Shown piece by piece: positions 1 to 8,732 of a DNA stretch of 64,000 nucleotides. Where the stretch lies: positions 2,598 through 66,597 of the forward strand of contig CAWVJB010000080.1 in the NCBI GenBank assembly GCA_963929525.1, given 5' to 3'. The notes beneath the pieces were generated by a model. That model was not told where the DNA came from, did not search any database, and saw only the letters and a program-made list of their open reading frames with translations. The translations under genes and the position numbers were made by a program. Each line of letters begins with the position of its first letter. Within the stretch, counting starts at the first letter, position 1. Origin of the DNA: Bacillota bacterium (GTDB lineage Bacteria > Bacillota > Clostridia > TANB77 > CAG-508).

Positions 1-287
1 TTTTACCTGCTGAAATTGTGGATAGAAAAAAATCACCATATCCTAAAACACATAATCCTACGTATTTAGCTAAAGTAAAAGATATGCTAACAAATATTAT
101 GCAAAATCCAAATGCACCGATTAATGATTTATTAAATAGAAAATATATTTTAGAAATATTAGATACTAATGGTTCTAGCTTTTCTAGACCTTGGTTTGGT
201 CAATTGATGACTGGACCTCAGCTTATGGCATATCTTTGTCAAGTGAATATGTGGCTTGAGAGATATCAGCCTAAGATTGAAATATAA
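1..287 (+). CDS. asnB: asparagine synthase (glutamine-hydrolysing), C-terminal end; 5' part lies outside the window
   Basis: Frame is open from the window edge (LPAEIVDRKKSPYPKTHNP...SRPWFGQLM), a tail typical of AsnB-family C-termini. A hairpin follows. Confidence 0.6.
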   Translation, partial: LPAEIVDRKKSPYPKTHNPTYLAKVKDMLTNIMQNPNAPINDLLNRKYILEILDTNGSSFSRPWFGQLMTGPQLMAYLCQVNMWLERYQPKIEI

Positions 288-293
288 TTTTTA

Positions 294-323
294 ACTTGAG
301 GTCGCAATTTGCGACCTCAAGTT
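294..323. terminator. bidirectional hairpin between convergent asnB and dinD-like genes
   Basis: Arms aacttgaggtcgc / gcgacctcaagtt (about 12 bp) with loop aattt. Similar hairpins occur at 1392 and 7785. Confidence 0.6.
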
Positions 324-1193
324 TTACAATTCTTTATAATTTTCTTTTGGCAATTTATTACTATCAGCTATTTTCTTACTTTCTGACTTAACTCTTCTTT
401 CTAATTTCTTCAAATCTTCTGCTGGTTTTAAATTTTCTGGTTTAATGCCTCTTTTATTTAACATATTTCTTACACTCAAATTATTATCCACATGCTCATC
501 AGTTATACTTTGTTCACCATACATATCTTTTTCAGTCACATTGTAATTTGTCATTTCTGTTGCTAGATTTTTTGCTGCAATAGTTAAAGTGGGTAAAAAA
601 TCTGCTAAAGGTCTATTTTCTTTTACTCCGTATTTTGATTTCATCTGCATTGTATTTAATCCACCAAATAATGCCGAATCTCCTTTTGAACGAATTCTTG
701 CAAATCCTAAATCATCTACTCCCCTCTCATAAATATTTTTAGATAACTTCTTTTCAGATTCTTTTAGCTTTTCTCTTGCTTCTAATCGATTCATTAGTCT
801 TATCCTGTCTTCAATTATTTCTTGTTTTCTAGTTTGTACTGCAAAATATGTTTGAGCAAATGCGATTTCTTCTTTTTTAGAATCTCCATTTTGAGCAATT
901 AAGTAACAAGCATATCTCGTTAACATATAGTCTTGTAAATTTCTTCTTGCACCTGATCCTATTTGTACCATTTTCGTGACCTCACGAAAATGGTTATCAA
1001 CTTCTATACCAGCATTTTCACAAGATTGCATTGCTTTTTTTATTGTTCCAATAAAATTTTCCCATCTTTTGTAACCCAATTGAATCTGTAAATCTCTTGC
1101 ATACCAAAATTCTATATTGTCTTTTTCTTCCGTATTTATAATAGAATCAAACTTTTCTTTTAATTCTATTAGTTTTGATTTTTCAAATTCCAT
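324..1193 (-). CDS. dinD: DNA-damage-inducible protein D (DinD)-like protein
   Basis: Peptide ...IEFWYARDLQIQLGY..WENF...KAMQSCENAG...YMLTRYACYLIAQNGD matches the DinD family pattern. The ATG at 1193 has an AGGAAG RBS; the track ORF starts at a GTG at 1202. Confidence 0.65.
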   Translation of the reverse strand: MEFEKSKLIELKEKFDSIINTEEKDNIEFWYARDLQIQLGYKRWENFIGTIKKAMQSCENAGIEVDNHFREVTKMVQIGSGARRNLQDYMLTRYACYLIAQNGDSKKEEIAFAQTYFAVQTRKQEIIEDRIRLMNRLEAREKLKESEKKLSKNIYERGVDDLGFARIRSKGDSALFGGLNTMQMKSKYGVKENRPLADFLPTLTIAAKNLATEMTNYNVTEKDMYGEQSITDEHVDNNLSVRNMLNKRGIKPENLKPAEDLKKLERRVKSESKKIADSNKLPKENYKEL

Positions 1194-1292
1194 ACTTATC
1201 ACTTCCTTGTGGTATTTACTTATAATAACATATTTGTATGATTTATTGTTTCATTTTTTAGTACATTTATTATAATTTTTATGATATTACTA

Positions 1293-1326
1293 TATTATAT
1301 ATAAAACATTCGTTTGTATTTGTCAA
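1293..1326 (-). promoter_or_regulatory. putative sigma-A promoter with an SOS-box-like palindrome upstream of dinD
   Basis: Minus strand reads TTGACA-17 nt-TATATA. The spacer holds AAACGAATGTTT, close to the Firmicute LexA box GAAC-N4-GTT(C/T). Confidence 0.35.
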
Positions 1327-1391
1327 GCGTTTTTTCGCTTATTTATTTTAGGCAATTACTATAAATATATTAATTTTTATAAAAAAGATTT

Positions 1392-1414
1392 AAAGGTTGC
1401 AAATTGCAACCTTT
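1392..1414 (-). terminator. hairpin terminator after the mini-ORF pair
   Basis: aaaggttgcaa a ttgcaaccttt, followed by a T-rich run on the minus strand. Confidence 0.55.
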
Positions 1415-1460
1415 ATTTGGTACATTATGCTAATTTTTCTAATGCATATGTTAAAAATTC

Positions 1461-1526
1461 TTACACATGTATAACTCTGGTTATCGAAGTAGCCACACCT
1501 AATGTCACAATATCACCGATTTGCAT
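1461..1526 (-). CDS. 21-aa mini-ORF (MQIGDIVTLGVATSITRVIHV)
   Basis: Canonical AGGAGG lies 8 nt upstream of the ATG. It sits directly after the 53-aa ORF and before a terminator. It is too short for the ORF track. Confidence 0.3.
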   Translation of the reverse strand: MQIGDIVTLGVATSITRVIHV

Positions 1527-1540
1527 GATACTACCTCCTA

Positions 1541-1702
1541 CTATAAAAAGAATTCAATTATTTTGTCCCATGGTAAAAAAATAATAACAAGTGCTAATAA
1601 TTCAAGAAAAAATGCACAGTCATATGCTCCTTGATAGGCAAAAATACATGATACAACAGTTACACATATACATGCAATAATTTTTAGTATAATTATCTCC
1701 AT
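1541..1702 (-). CDS. 53-aa hydrophobic Cys-rich small membrane protein
   Basis: MEIIILKIIACICVTVVSCIFAYQGAYDCAFFLELLALVIIFLPWDKIIEFFL, with a GAAAGGAA RBS. Two predicted TM helices. Not in the ORF track (<60 aa). Confidence 0.35.
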   Translation of the reverse strand: MEIIILKIIACICVTVVSCIFAYQGAYDCAFFLELLALVIIFLPWDKIIEFFL

Positions 1703-1847
1703 TTTTTCCTTTCTGCCATTTGGCTTTCTAATTTTAGTTTATTAGTTACATAAGACAAAATTCAAATTTTTATTTTTCATTTTCTACATTCTTAGTAAAA
1801 TGATGCTTTATTTTTTATTACAGTAATACTAAATTTTCGATATTGTT

Positions 1848-2651
1848 TTAATTTAACTGTAACCTATTATTTTTTAAGTCATTAATATTATATACGTAAT
1901 CCGTGAGATTACATAATTCTTCTAATCCTTTCTTATCATATATCCATCCTTGACCATCTATTATGAATACGATTTCGATATTTTTTGTTTGTTTAGCTTC
2001 TATTACTAATTCTTTATAATGTCTAAGCAATTCGCTGATTTTAGAACCAGGTGTTGATATATAACTTGTTTCCAGTGCATATGTTTTTTCTTTTGCTTTA
2101 ACAATATAATCAAATCTAGTTTTCGAAATTCCTTTTAATATTTGATAATCTTTTTCGTAATTATAATTATTTTGTTTTAAATATTGCTCCACATATATTT
2201 CTAATATATTCCCCACTCTATTTTTTCTTGCATTTGAATCTAAGCCAACCAATATTCCTGTTACATAGTCAATTATATTATTTATAAGATGTGATTGTAA
2301 CAACTCAAATAGTCCAGTATTTTCCATAAACTTTATATATTTTTCTATTTCCACATTTGTTAAACTTTTTTTATTATCAAATTCTATAAAACTTTCTAAT
2401 TCCATTATATATACCGATGTATTCTTTATCGCTAAAAGTAAGGGTAATACTTCTTTTATCTCTGGAGAATTTATTAATATTGTTTTAAAATCTTCTTCTA
2501 TATTATTGGATCCAATTAAGCTATTTAATAATTGTAAATTTTGTTTATTTCTTTCTATTTCTTTATATACTGATTCAAAATTTGTATAGAATTTATAATT
2601 TGCTATTGTTTTTGTAAATGTTTGTACCCATTTTTCAAAATCTTTTTTCAT
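1848..2651 (-). CDS. DpnII/MboI-family type II restriction endonuclease (GATC-type family)
   Basis: Shares blocks with S. pneumoniae DpnII as I remember it: LNSLIGSNNIEEDF, DYVTG, NARKNRVG, IDGQGW, YNINDL. AGGAGG RBS. Confidence 0.7.
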   Translation of the reverse strand: MKKDFEKWVQTFTKTIANYKFYTNFESVYKEIERNKQNLQLLNSLIGSNNIEEDFKTILINSPEIKEVLPLLLAIKNTSVYIMELESFIEFDNKKSLTNVEIEKYIKFMENTGLFELLQSHLINNIIDYVTGILVGLDSNARKNRVGNILEIYVEQYLKQNNYNYEKDYQILKGISKTRFDYIVKAKEKTYALETSYISTPGSKISELLRHYKELVIEAKQTKNIEIVFIIDGQGWIYDKKGLEELCNLTDYVYNINDLKNNRLQLN

Positions 2652-2660
2652 ATCTTCCTC

Positions 2661-3650
2661 CTATTCTAAATGTATATATAAATCATTCAACTTATTTTGT
2701 AATATGACCGATGGGTTAATATCATCATTTTCTTTCCATAAATCAAGCATACATATCAAATCTATATCATTAATAACAATTATCGTTTTTCCTTCATTTC
2801 TAATACGTCTAGATATTTCTTTTTTAGCACTTTCATCTGCACCTTTTCTAGTAATGATTATTTCCATTTTTCGCAATGCTTTTTCATATAAATACGAAGC
2901 TGTTGAAGAAATTTCATCTTTTGTTATTTTTTCAGAATAATTTTTAAATTCAAATATGATATATTTAGATTGTAATGAATTTTCTATCATATTAAAAAAG
3001 TCATTATATTCTTCCTTTTTTCTATATTTAATACGAGCTACCATATCAAATCTAAAACTGCTATCTTCTGTTCTTTCTTGTTCTGCCCAGGAATCTAAAT
3101 CATCATTAAACATTTCTTTAACTAAATTTGCACAATATTTTTGATATTTATAGCAATCATCCAATCCAGGGCGAATAGTTTTTAATTCTTCTACATACTC
3201 CTTAAATTCCTTTTCTTTTATCTTTTCTTCTGTCATTTTTATTTTCATATTTGGTTCTACCTTAGGAATTCCTGCTATTGAATAATTTACAATTTCTTTT
3301 AATTTCTTCATTAACTTTTCATTATTTTGTATAATATATATGATATTAGCAATATCTATTACTTGTACATTATATTTACTAGTTAGCAATTGTTTACTTT
3401 CTTTTTCAATATCATCAAATACAAAAATGAGTGGTATATATTCATTTTTTGCTTTTTTAAAATTATCCAACTTGCTAATTAAGTTATTCGTTATTTTATT
3501 TTTTACCATCACTGCATAAGTATTTTTTTCTTTATTTACTAAAAAGTCATAATCTCCGTTTTCTTTGTCAATTACTTTATAAGAAGCATTTTCAAATATT
3601 TCTTTTGCAAAATTAATAACTCTATCTTTTTCAGAAAAGAAAAAAAACAT
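2661..3650 (-). CDS. hypothetical protein with two PD-(D/E)xK-like nuclease modules
   Basis: N-terminal module GDYDFLV...YAVMVK; C-terminal module FRFDMVARI...IIFEFKNY, which resembles D...ExK restriction-endonuclease cores. AAGGAGG RBS. Starts 1 nt after the upstream stop. Confidence 0.4.
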   Translation of the reverse strand: MFFFFSEKDRVINFAKEIFENASYKVIDKENGDYDFLVNKEKNTYAVMVKNKITNNLISKLDNFKKAKNEYIPLIFVFDDIEKESKQLLTSKYNVQVIDIANIIYIIQNNEKLMKKLKEIVNYSIAGIPKVEPNMKIKMTEEKIKEKEFKEYVEELKTIRPGLDDCYKYQKYCANLVKEMFNDDLDSWAEQERTEDSSFRFDMVARIKYRKKEEYNDFFNMIENSLQSKYIIFEFKNYSEKITKDEISSTASYLYEKALRKMEIIITRKGADESAKKEISRRIRNEGKTIIVINDIDLICMLDLWKENDDINPSVILQNKLNDLYIHLE

Positions 3651-3651
3651 A

Positions 3652-3831
3652 TTATTCTTCCTCCTTCTTAATTATTTGATATTTTGTATCTTTCCAATCC
3701 ATATAATCCAAACATATTTCCTCATTGTCATATTTTTGCTTTACAATTTCCCTTGCTTCTTTTTTACTATTGGCTTTTACTTGAATTGTTTTTTCTAAAT
3801 ATTCTTTTATTATTACATAATATTCTTTCAT
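3652..3831 (-). CDS. DpnD/PcfM-like small protein (59 aa)
   Basis: MKEYYVIIKEYLEKTIQVKANSKKEAREIVKQKYDNEEICLDYMDWKDTKYQIIKKEEE fits the family pattern (y.v.i.e.l...v.v.A.s.eeA...v...y..eeivLd). Below the ORF-track cutoff. Confidence 0.5.
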   Translation of the reverse strand: MKEYYVIIKEYLEKTIQVKANSKKEAREIVKQKYDNEEICLDYMDWKDTKYQIIKKEEE

Positions 3832-4000
3832 ATAATCCTCTTTTCTGATACAAATTGAAATAAGATTTTTTTATTTTCTATTACATCGTATATTAACATA
3901 AATTCATAGCTTTTTCAATTAGAATTTCTATTTTATTTCTATACGTTTGATTTTTATCTATTGTAATATTAAAAATAATTAAAATTAAAACCATTCATCT

Positions 4001-4055
4001 AAAGTAAAAGAGTTCTAAAATTGTTATTTTTACAATTTTAGAACTCTTTTACTTT
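4001..4055. terminator. 24-bp perfect hairpin downstream of the GH3 gene
   Basis: aaagtaaaagagttctaaaattgt / acaattttagaactcttttacttt with loop tattttt. Confidence 0.6.
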
Positions 4056-4118
4056 AATTTTACAATATTTTTTAATTACTTTTCATTCACTTTTTATACA
4101 TCAACAACATCTTAATGT

Positions 4119-6344
4119 CTATACAATTAATTCAAACTTCTCCTCTAAAACATTTACAGAATCTCCTCCTACAAAAACTTTAAACTCTCCACTTTCTGCT
4201 ACAAATTCTAGTCTCTCATTCCAGAATTTTAACATATGCATATCTATATCAAAATGTATATATTTTACTTCATAAGGCTTAAAAAATTCTTTTTTAAATG
4301 CTTTTAATTCTTTCACTGGTCTTACCACACTTCCATATAAATCTTGTATATATAACTGTATCACTTCATATCCTGCATAATCACTTTGATTTTCTATTTT
4401 TACTGTTACAGTAATCGTTTCATTTGCATTAAGTTTATGTTTGTTTAGATGTAACTCTGTATATCTAAAATCACAATATGACAAACCATATCCAAATGGA
4501 TAAAAACTTTCTGTTGGAATATCTTGGTATCTTGATACATAACGAAGATTGTTATGGTGTGGTCTACCAGTATTGTAATGGTTATAATATACTGGAGATT
4601 GTCCCACATTTTGAGGAAAGCTCATGGTTAATTTTCCTGATGGATTTTCTTCTCCAAATAGCATTTCTACAATGGCTTTTGCTCCTGTTGTTCCTGGAAA
4701 CCATACTTCTAAAATGGCATCTAATTTTGGTTCTATTGTATTTAACTCAATCGGTCTCCCATTAAATAGAATTAATATCATTGGTTTGGATAATGTATAT
4801 AATGCATTGATTAATTGTATTTGATTTTCCGGTAGGGAAATATTAGAACGTGAACAGGCTTCTCCACTTTGTTTGTAATGCTCTCCTAACGCTAAAAGAA
4901 TAATGTCCGCTTTTTTTGCAGTTTGTATTGCTGAGGCAATCATGTCTTGTTCTTTTTTGCTTTCATTTTCTACATGTACAGTAGGTAATCCATCTGCTGA
5001 TAAGATTTGATTAATTTCTTCTTGTCTTAAAATCTCACACCCTTTTGCATACAACACTTGATTTCCCATTTTTTCTTTAAATATATCTAAAATAGTACCA
5101 TTTTTTGTTTTATCAGAAAACATAGACCATGAACCAGTAATTCCAATATTATCTATATATGGTCCAATTAAGGCAATCTTTTTATTTTTTTCTAATGGTA
5201 ACACATGTTTTTTATTTTTTAATAAGACAAATGTTTCTTGTGTTAATTTCTTAGCTTTTTCTAAATTAGCTGGATTCATGACATATGTCTTTTCTTTTTC
5301 TATGTTTGCATTTCCATAAGGATTTTCAAATAATCCTAATTTATTTTTTAAGGTTAATATTCTCAAAACACTTTCATTTACTTTGTTTTCTATTTCTTGA
5401 TTTTCTAAGCACAAATCTTTTAAATGGTTTGCATATATGCTAGACATCATATCAATGTCAACACCTGCATTAATGGCATTTCTTGCTGCTTCTTTTTCAT
5501 TTGCAGAATACCCATGTGTTATGGTTTCTTCTACAGCCCCATAGTCTGAAATAATAATTCCTTTAAATCCTAATTCTTTTCTGATTACCTCTTGAATTAG
5601 CCATTTGTTTACTGTAGATGGGATACCATTTAATATATTAAATGATGTCATTAACATTTCTGCTCCTGCTTCTATTGCTGCCTTATATGCTGGTAAATAA
5701 TATTGTCTAAATTCTCTTTCTGACATATCTACTGTGTTGTAATCTCTGCCAGCTTCTACTGCTCCATAGGCTGCTATATGTTTTACACAAGATGCCATTT
5801 TTCCTATCTCTGAAAGATTTTTTCCTTGATATGCTTTCACCATTGTTTTGGCATAGATTTCTCCTAGAAGAGGGTCTTCTCCTCCAATGGATTCCATCAC
5901 TCTTCCCCATCTAGCATCTCTTGATAAGTCTACCATTGGTGAAAAATTAACATTCGCACCTGCTATGCTAGATTCCATGCTAGATATTTCTGTCATCTCT
6001 TTTATCGCTTTCGTATTCCATGAACAGCCTTGTGCAATTGGTATCGGAAATGCAATCTTATATCCATTAATAATATCATCCATAAATAGAAGAGGTATTT
6101 TTAATCTACTTTTTGATAAATATTCATCTTGTACCTTTTTAACCTTTTCTGCTCCTATAATATTTAAAACAGAACCTATATGATATAGCATTTTCCTAGA
6201 CAAATGCAAATTTTTTAACGGACCTGTTAATGTACTATTTGTATCTTCCGATAAAAATACATCTCCTGCAATTTGTATCATCTGTCCTATTTTTTCTTCT
6301 ATTGTCATTTCGTTTAATAATTCTATTATTTCCTTATGTTTCAT
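4119..6344 (-). CDS. bglX: glycoside hydrolase family 3 beta-glucosidase
   Basis: 741 aa. GH3 hallmarks: KHIAAYG, GIIISDYGAV (nucleophile region), and a C-terminal FnIII-like domain. Confidence 0.85.
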   Translation of the reverse strand: MKHKEIIELLNEMTIEEKIGQMIQIAGDVFLSEDTNSTLTGPLKNLHLSRKMLYHIGSVLNIIGAEKVKKVQDEYLSKSRLKIPLLFMDDIINGYKIAFPIPIAQGCSWNTKAIKEMTEISSMESSIAGANVNFSPMVDLSRDARWGRVMESIGGEDPLLGEIYAKTMVKAYQGKNLSEIGKMASCVKHIAAYGAVEAGRDYNTVDMSEREFRQYYLPAYKAAIEAGAEMLMTSFNILNGIPSTVNKWLIQEVIRKELGFKGIIISDYGAVEETITHGYSANEKEAARNAINAGVDIDMMSSIYANHLKDLCLENQEIENKVNESVLRILTLKNKLGLFENPYGNANIEKEKTYVMNPANLEKAKKLTQETFVLLKNKKHVLPLEKNKKIALIGPYIDNIGITGSWSMFSDKTKNGTILDIFKEKMGNQVLYAKGCEILRQEEINQILSADGLPTVHVENESKKEQDMIASAIQTAKKADIILLALGEHYKQSGEACSRSNISLPENQIQLINALYTLSKPMILILFNGRPIELNTIEPKLDAILEVWFPGTTGAKAIVEMLFGEENPSGKLTMSFPQNVGQSPVYYNHYNTGRPHHNNLRYVSRYQDIPTESFYPFGYGLSYCDFRYTELHLNKHKLNANETITVTVKIENQSDYAGYEVIQLYIQDLYGSVVRPVKELKAFKKEFFKPYEVKYIHFDIDMHMLKFWNERLEFVAESGEFKVFVGGDSVNVLEEKFELIV

Positions 6345-6380
6345 AAAAAACTCCCTTAAATAATTTTACTCTCTGCTATA

Positions 6381-6412
6381 GTATTCGTGTGAAAATGCAT
6401 TTCCACACGAAT
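6381..6412 (-). terminator. hairpin after the glucoamylase-like gene
   Basis: tattcgtgtg ... cacacgaata, 10-bp stem. Confidence 0.45.
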
Positions 6413-6447
6413 ATCCTTTATTAAAACCTAAATTTTCTATACGAAAC

Positions 6448-7698
6448 CTAAATATGAACTTTTTTCACTTCTGTATGTATATTTTTCTTGCGAATATGTA
6501 ACATCTCTAATCCTTTTTGTATAAATTCATTTTTCATAAAATGTTTCCAAAGTAATTGAGTTAAATAGTTTTCTATCATTATCATAGATATGCCTTTATC
6601 AATCCCAATCACTTCTTTTGAATACCATTGTCCATTTTCTAGATTATATCCATCAATAAATCCATATCTACCCCATATTTTTGGATAATGATTGTAAAAA
6701 TTTTCTAATGCTTTCATACTTAATTCTGGTGTAAATACAATGGAACCTGCTGCACCACATGGACTAACTGTTCCATCATTTAGTTTATCTACATCTGCTA
6801 AAGCTGGCATTGCTCCATATTCTCCAGAATATCCCTTAGGTCCTAAGCATGCTGTTAATCCCCATGAATTTTCACCAAATGTTTTAAATCTATCTTTATT
6901 TTTGATACAATATATTCTATTGGCTATGGTTGCTTTTTTCGAGTTTTCAAACCAGTTAATTCCATTTTCATCTTTTCTATCTCTAAAATCTATCCACGCA
7001 TGAGAAAATTGATAAGTAAATAATGTTCCACAATATGTATAAATAATGTCTTCGATTCCTTCATATGTACATGTTTCTTTTCTCATTTCATCATACATTG
7101 TTTTTGGGATGGGATATGTTGGAGAAGCTACACCTAAAACATATAACATCAATTGTTCAGCATACATATCCCAATGCCCCCAAAATCCTGTTTCTGGTTT
7201 ATATCCCATATAAAAATAGTTATTTTCTTTATCTCGATACCATTTCCAATTTACTCTTTTATATAGTTCTTCTGCTTTTTGCTTTATTTTTCCTCGAAAA
7301 AATTCTCCTGCTAATATGGCTCCACATATGAAAATTGCTGTATCGATAATCGATATTTCACAATTCCATTCTCTTTTTCCTGTGTTCATATTTACAAAAT
7401 GATAATAAAATCCGTTTTCTCCTTCTACATAATCTAAAAATGTATCTAACGTTTTACTTGCTCTTCTATAAGCTTCTGGATAAGAAATCCAGTTTCTATT
7501 AGCTCCAATCACTAAAGCTGCTAATCCATACCCAACAGATGCAATACTCGCAATTTCATCTGCATACATATCCTTATCTTTTATTAATCCATATCCTCTA
7601 CTTTTTGAGTCTACATTTGCTTCTTTTATGAAGAAATGATAACTTGCTTTCAACTCTTTTAATAATAATGTGTCTCCATATTTCTTTCGTAATCTCAT
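6448..7698 (-). CDS. glucoamylase-like / GH144-like (beta-1,2-glucanase family) protein
   Basis: 416 aa, alpha/alpha-toroid-like sequence (GYGLIKDK, ASVGYGLAAL, WGLTAC). Adjacent to the GH3 beta-glucosidase. Confidence 0.5.
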   Translation of the reverse strand: MRLRKKYGDTLLLKELKASYHFFIKEANVDSKSRGYGLIKDKDMYADEIASIASVGYGLAALVIGANRNWISYPEAYRRASKTLDTFLDYVEGENGFYYHFVNMNTGKREWNCEISIIDTAIFICGAILAGEFFRGKIKQKAEELYKRVNWKWYRDKENNYFYMGYKPETGFWGHWDMYAEQLMLYVLGVASPTYPIPKTMYDEMRKETCTYEGIEDIIYTYCGTLFTYQFSHAWIDFRDRKDENGINWFENSKKATIANRIYCIKNKDRFKTFGENSWGLTACLGPKGYSGEYGAMPALADVDKLNDGTVSPCGAAGSIVFTPELSMKALENFYNHYPKIWGRYGFIDGYNLENGQWYSKEVIGIDKGISMIMIENYLTQLLWKHFMKNEFIQKGLEMLHIRKKNIHTEVKKVHI

Positions 7699-7784
7699 AT
7701 ATATTTTTCACCTCTAATATTATCTTAGCATGTCTTTTTGCTTTTTCCTATGGAAATTTTTGGCGAACTTTTGGCAAATATGTT

Positions 7785-7807
7785 AGAGGCCACAAATTGT
7801 GACCTCT
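7785..7807 (-). terminator. hairpin after the nadE-like gene
   Basis: agaggccacaa a ttgtgacctct. Same hairpin family as 294 and 1392. Confidence 0.5.
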
Positions 7808-7833
7808 ATACATTCTTTTTTCTCCCCTATCTT

Positions 7834-8700
7834 TTATTTTTCATTTCTCATTGAAACCATAATCTCTCGATTTCTATATTGTTTTGCCTTTTTGGTAATT
7901 TGGACAATCCCTTCAATTATTTTTGTAGGCAATCCCGTTTCTTTTGCTATTTCTTCTATTGTCTTTTTGTCTCCGAAACCTTTCAAACAATTATCGATTT
8001 TCTCCCAACTTAATTCTTCTTTTATTTTAAAAATTTCATCTTTTTCTTCTTTACTAAATTTTCTTGCCTTCATAATTGGACCTTGATTAAATATCCAAAA
8101 AGTAATATCTTCTAAATCCTCTTGTTTTCTCCAGAATCCCGATGTAGCTGGTTGCTCAATTACTTCTCTTCTTGTTCCAATTTCTTTGGCTAATTGTATA
8201 ACTTCAGTTTTATATAAATGTTCAATTGGTTTAAAATGGGCTAAATTATCTCCAAATGTCATAAAAAATCCTAATTCGTATTCCGTAAGATTGGTACAAC
8301 CTGCAATGATAAAGCCTTTATCTTGGTAAGAAGAGATAATTGCTGATCTCATAGAACATTTTGCTTTTGCTGGATCTAATATTAATTTACAATTAAAAAT
8401 AGGTTCATTTTCTGCTTGTTCTAATATTTTTATAAATTCCATACTTTTTCCTTCAAATGGAACAATAGTAAGTGGTACTTGTAAATCTTCTGCTAAGTTT
8501 TTTACATTTTTTACAAATTTTCCTTCTGTTTCCGTTTCTTTAACAAATACTAGTTTTATTCTATCTTTTCCTAATGCTTTATAACATAATCTTGCGACAA
8601 CGTCTGAATCAATTCCTCCTGATACTAAAATTAGTACACGTTCATCCTTTAGAACATATGATTTTATAAATTTTTCTATTTTTTCTATTTCTTTTTCCAT
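7834..8700 (-). CDS. nadE: NAD+ synthase-like PP-loop ATP pyrophosphatase
   Basis: SGGIDSDV PP-loop; GCTNLTEYELGFFMTFGD; PATSGFW..QEDLEDI. Confidence 0.65.
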   Translation of the reverse strand: MEKEIEKIEKFIKSYVLKDERVLILVSGGIDSDVVARLCYKALGKDRIKLVFVKETETEGKFVKNVKNLAEDLQVPLTIVPFEGKSMEFIKILEQAENEPIFNCKLILDPAKAKCSMRSAIISSYQDKGFIIAGCTNLTEYELGFFMTFGDNLAHFKPIEHLYKTEVIQLAKEIGTRREVIEQPATSGFWRKQEDLEDITFWIFNQGPIMKARKFSKEEKDEIFKIKEELSWEKIDNCLKGFGDKKTIEEIAKETGLPTKIIEGIVQITKKAKQYRNREIMVSMRNEK

Positions 8701-8732
8701 ATAAACCTTCTTATTTTCTAAATTTTTTTCAT

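Noticed and set aside
2704-3144. Numerous antisense ORFs inside long genes (for example 2704..2940, 4478..4765, 5887..6183, 25351..25761, 43163..43735, 55019..55845)
   Set aside because: These are shadow ORFs opposite well-supported genes in AT-rich DNA. Their composition is low-complexity (F/L/I/S-rich), with no RBS.
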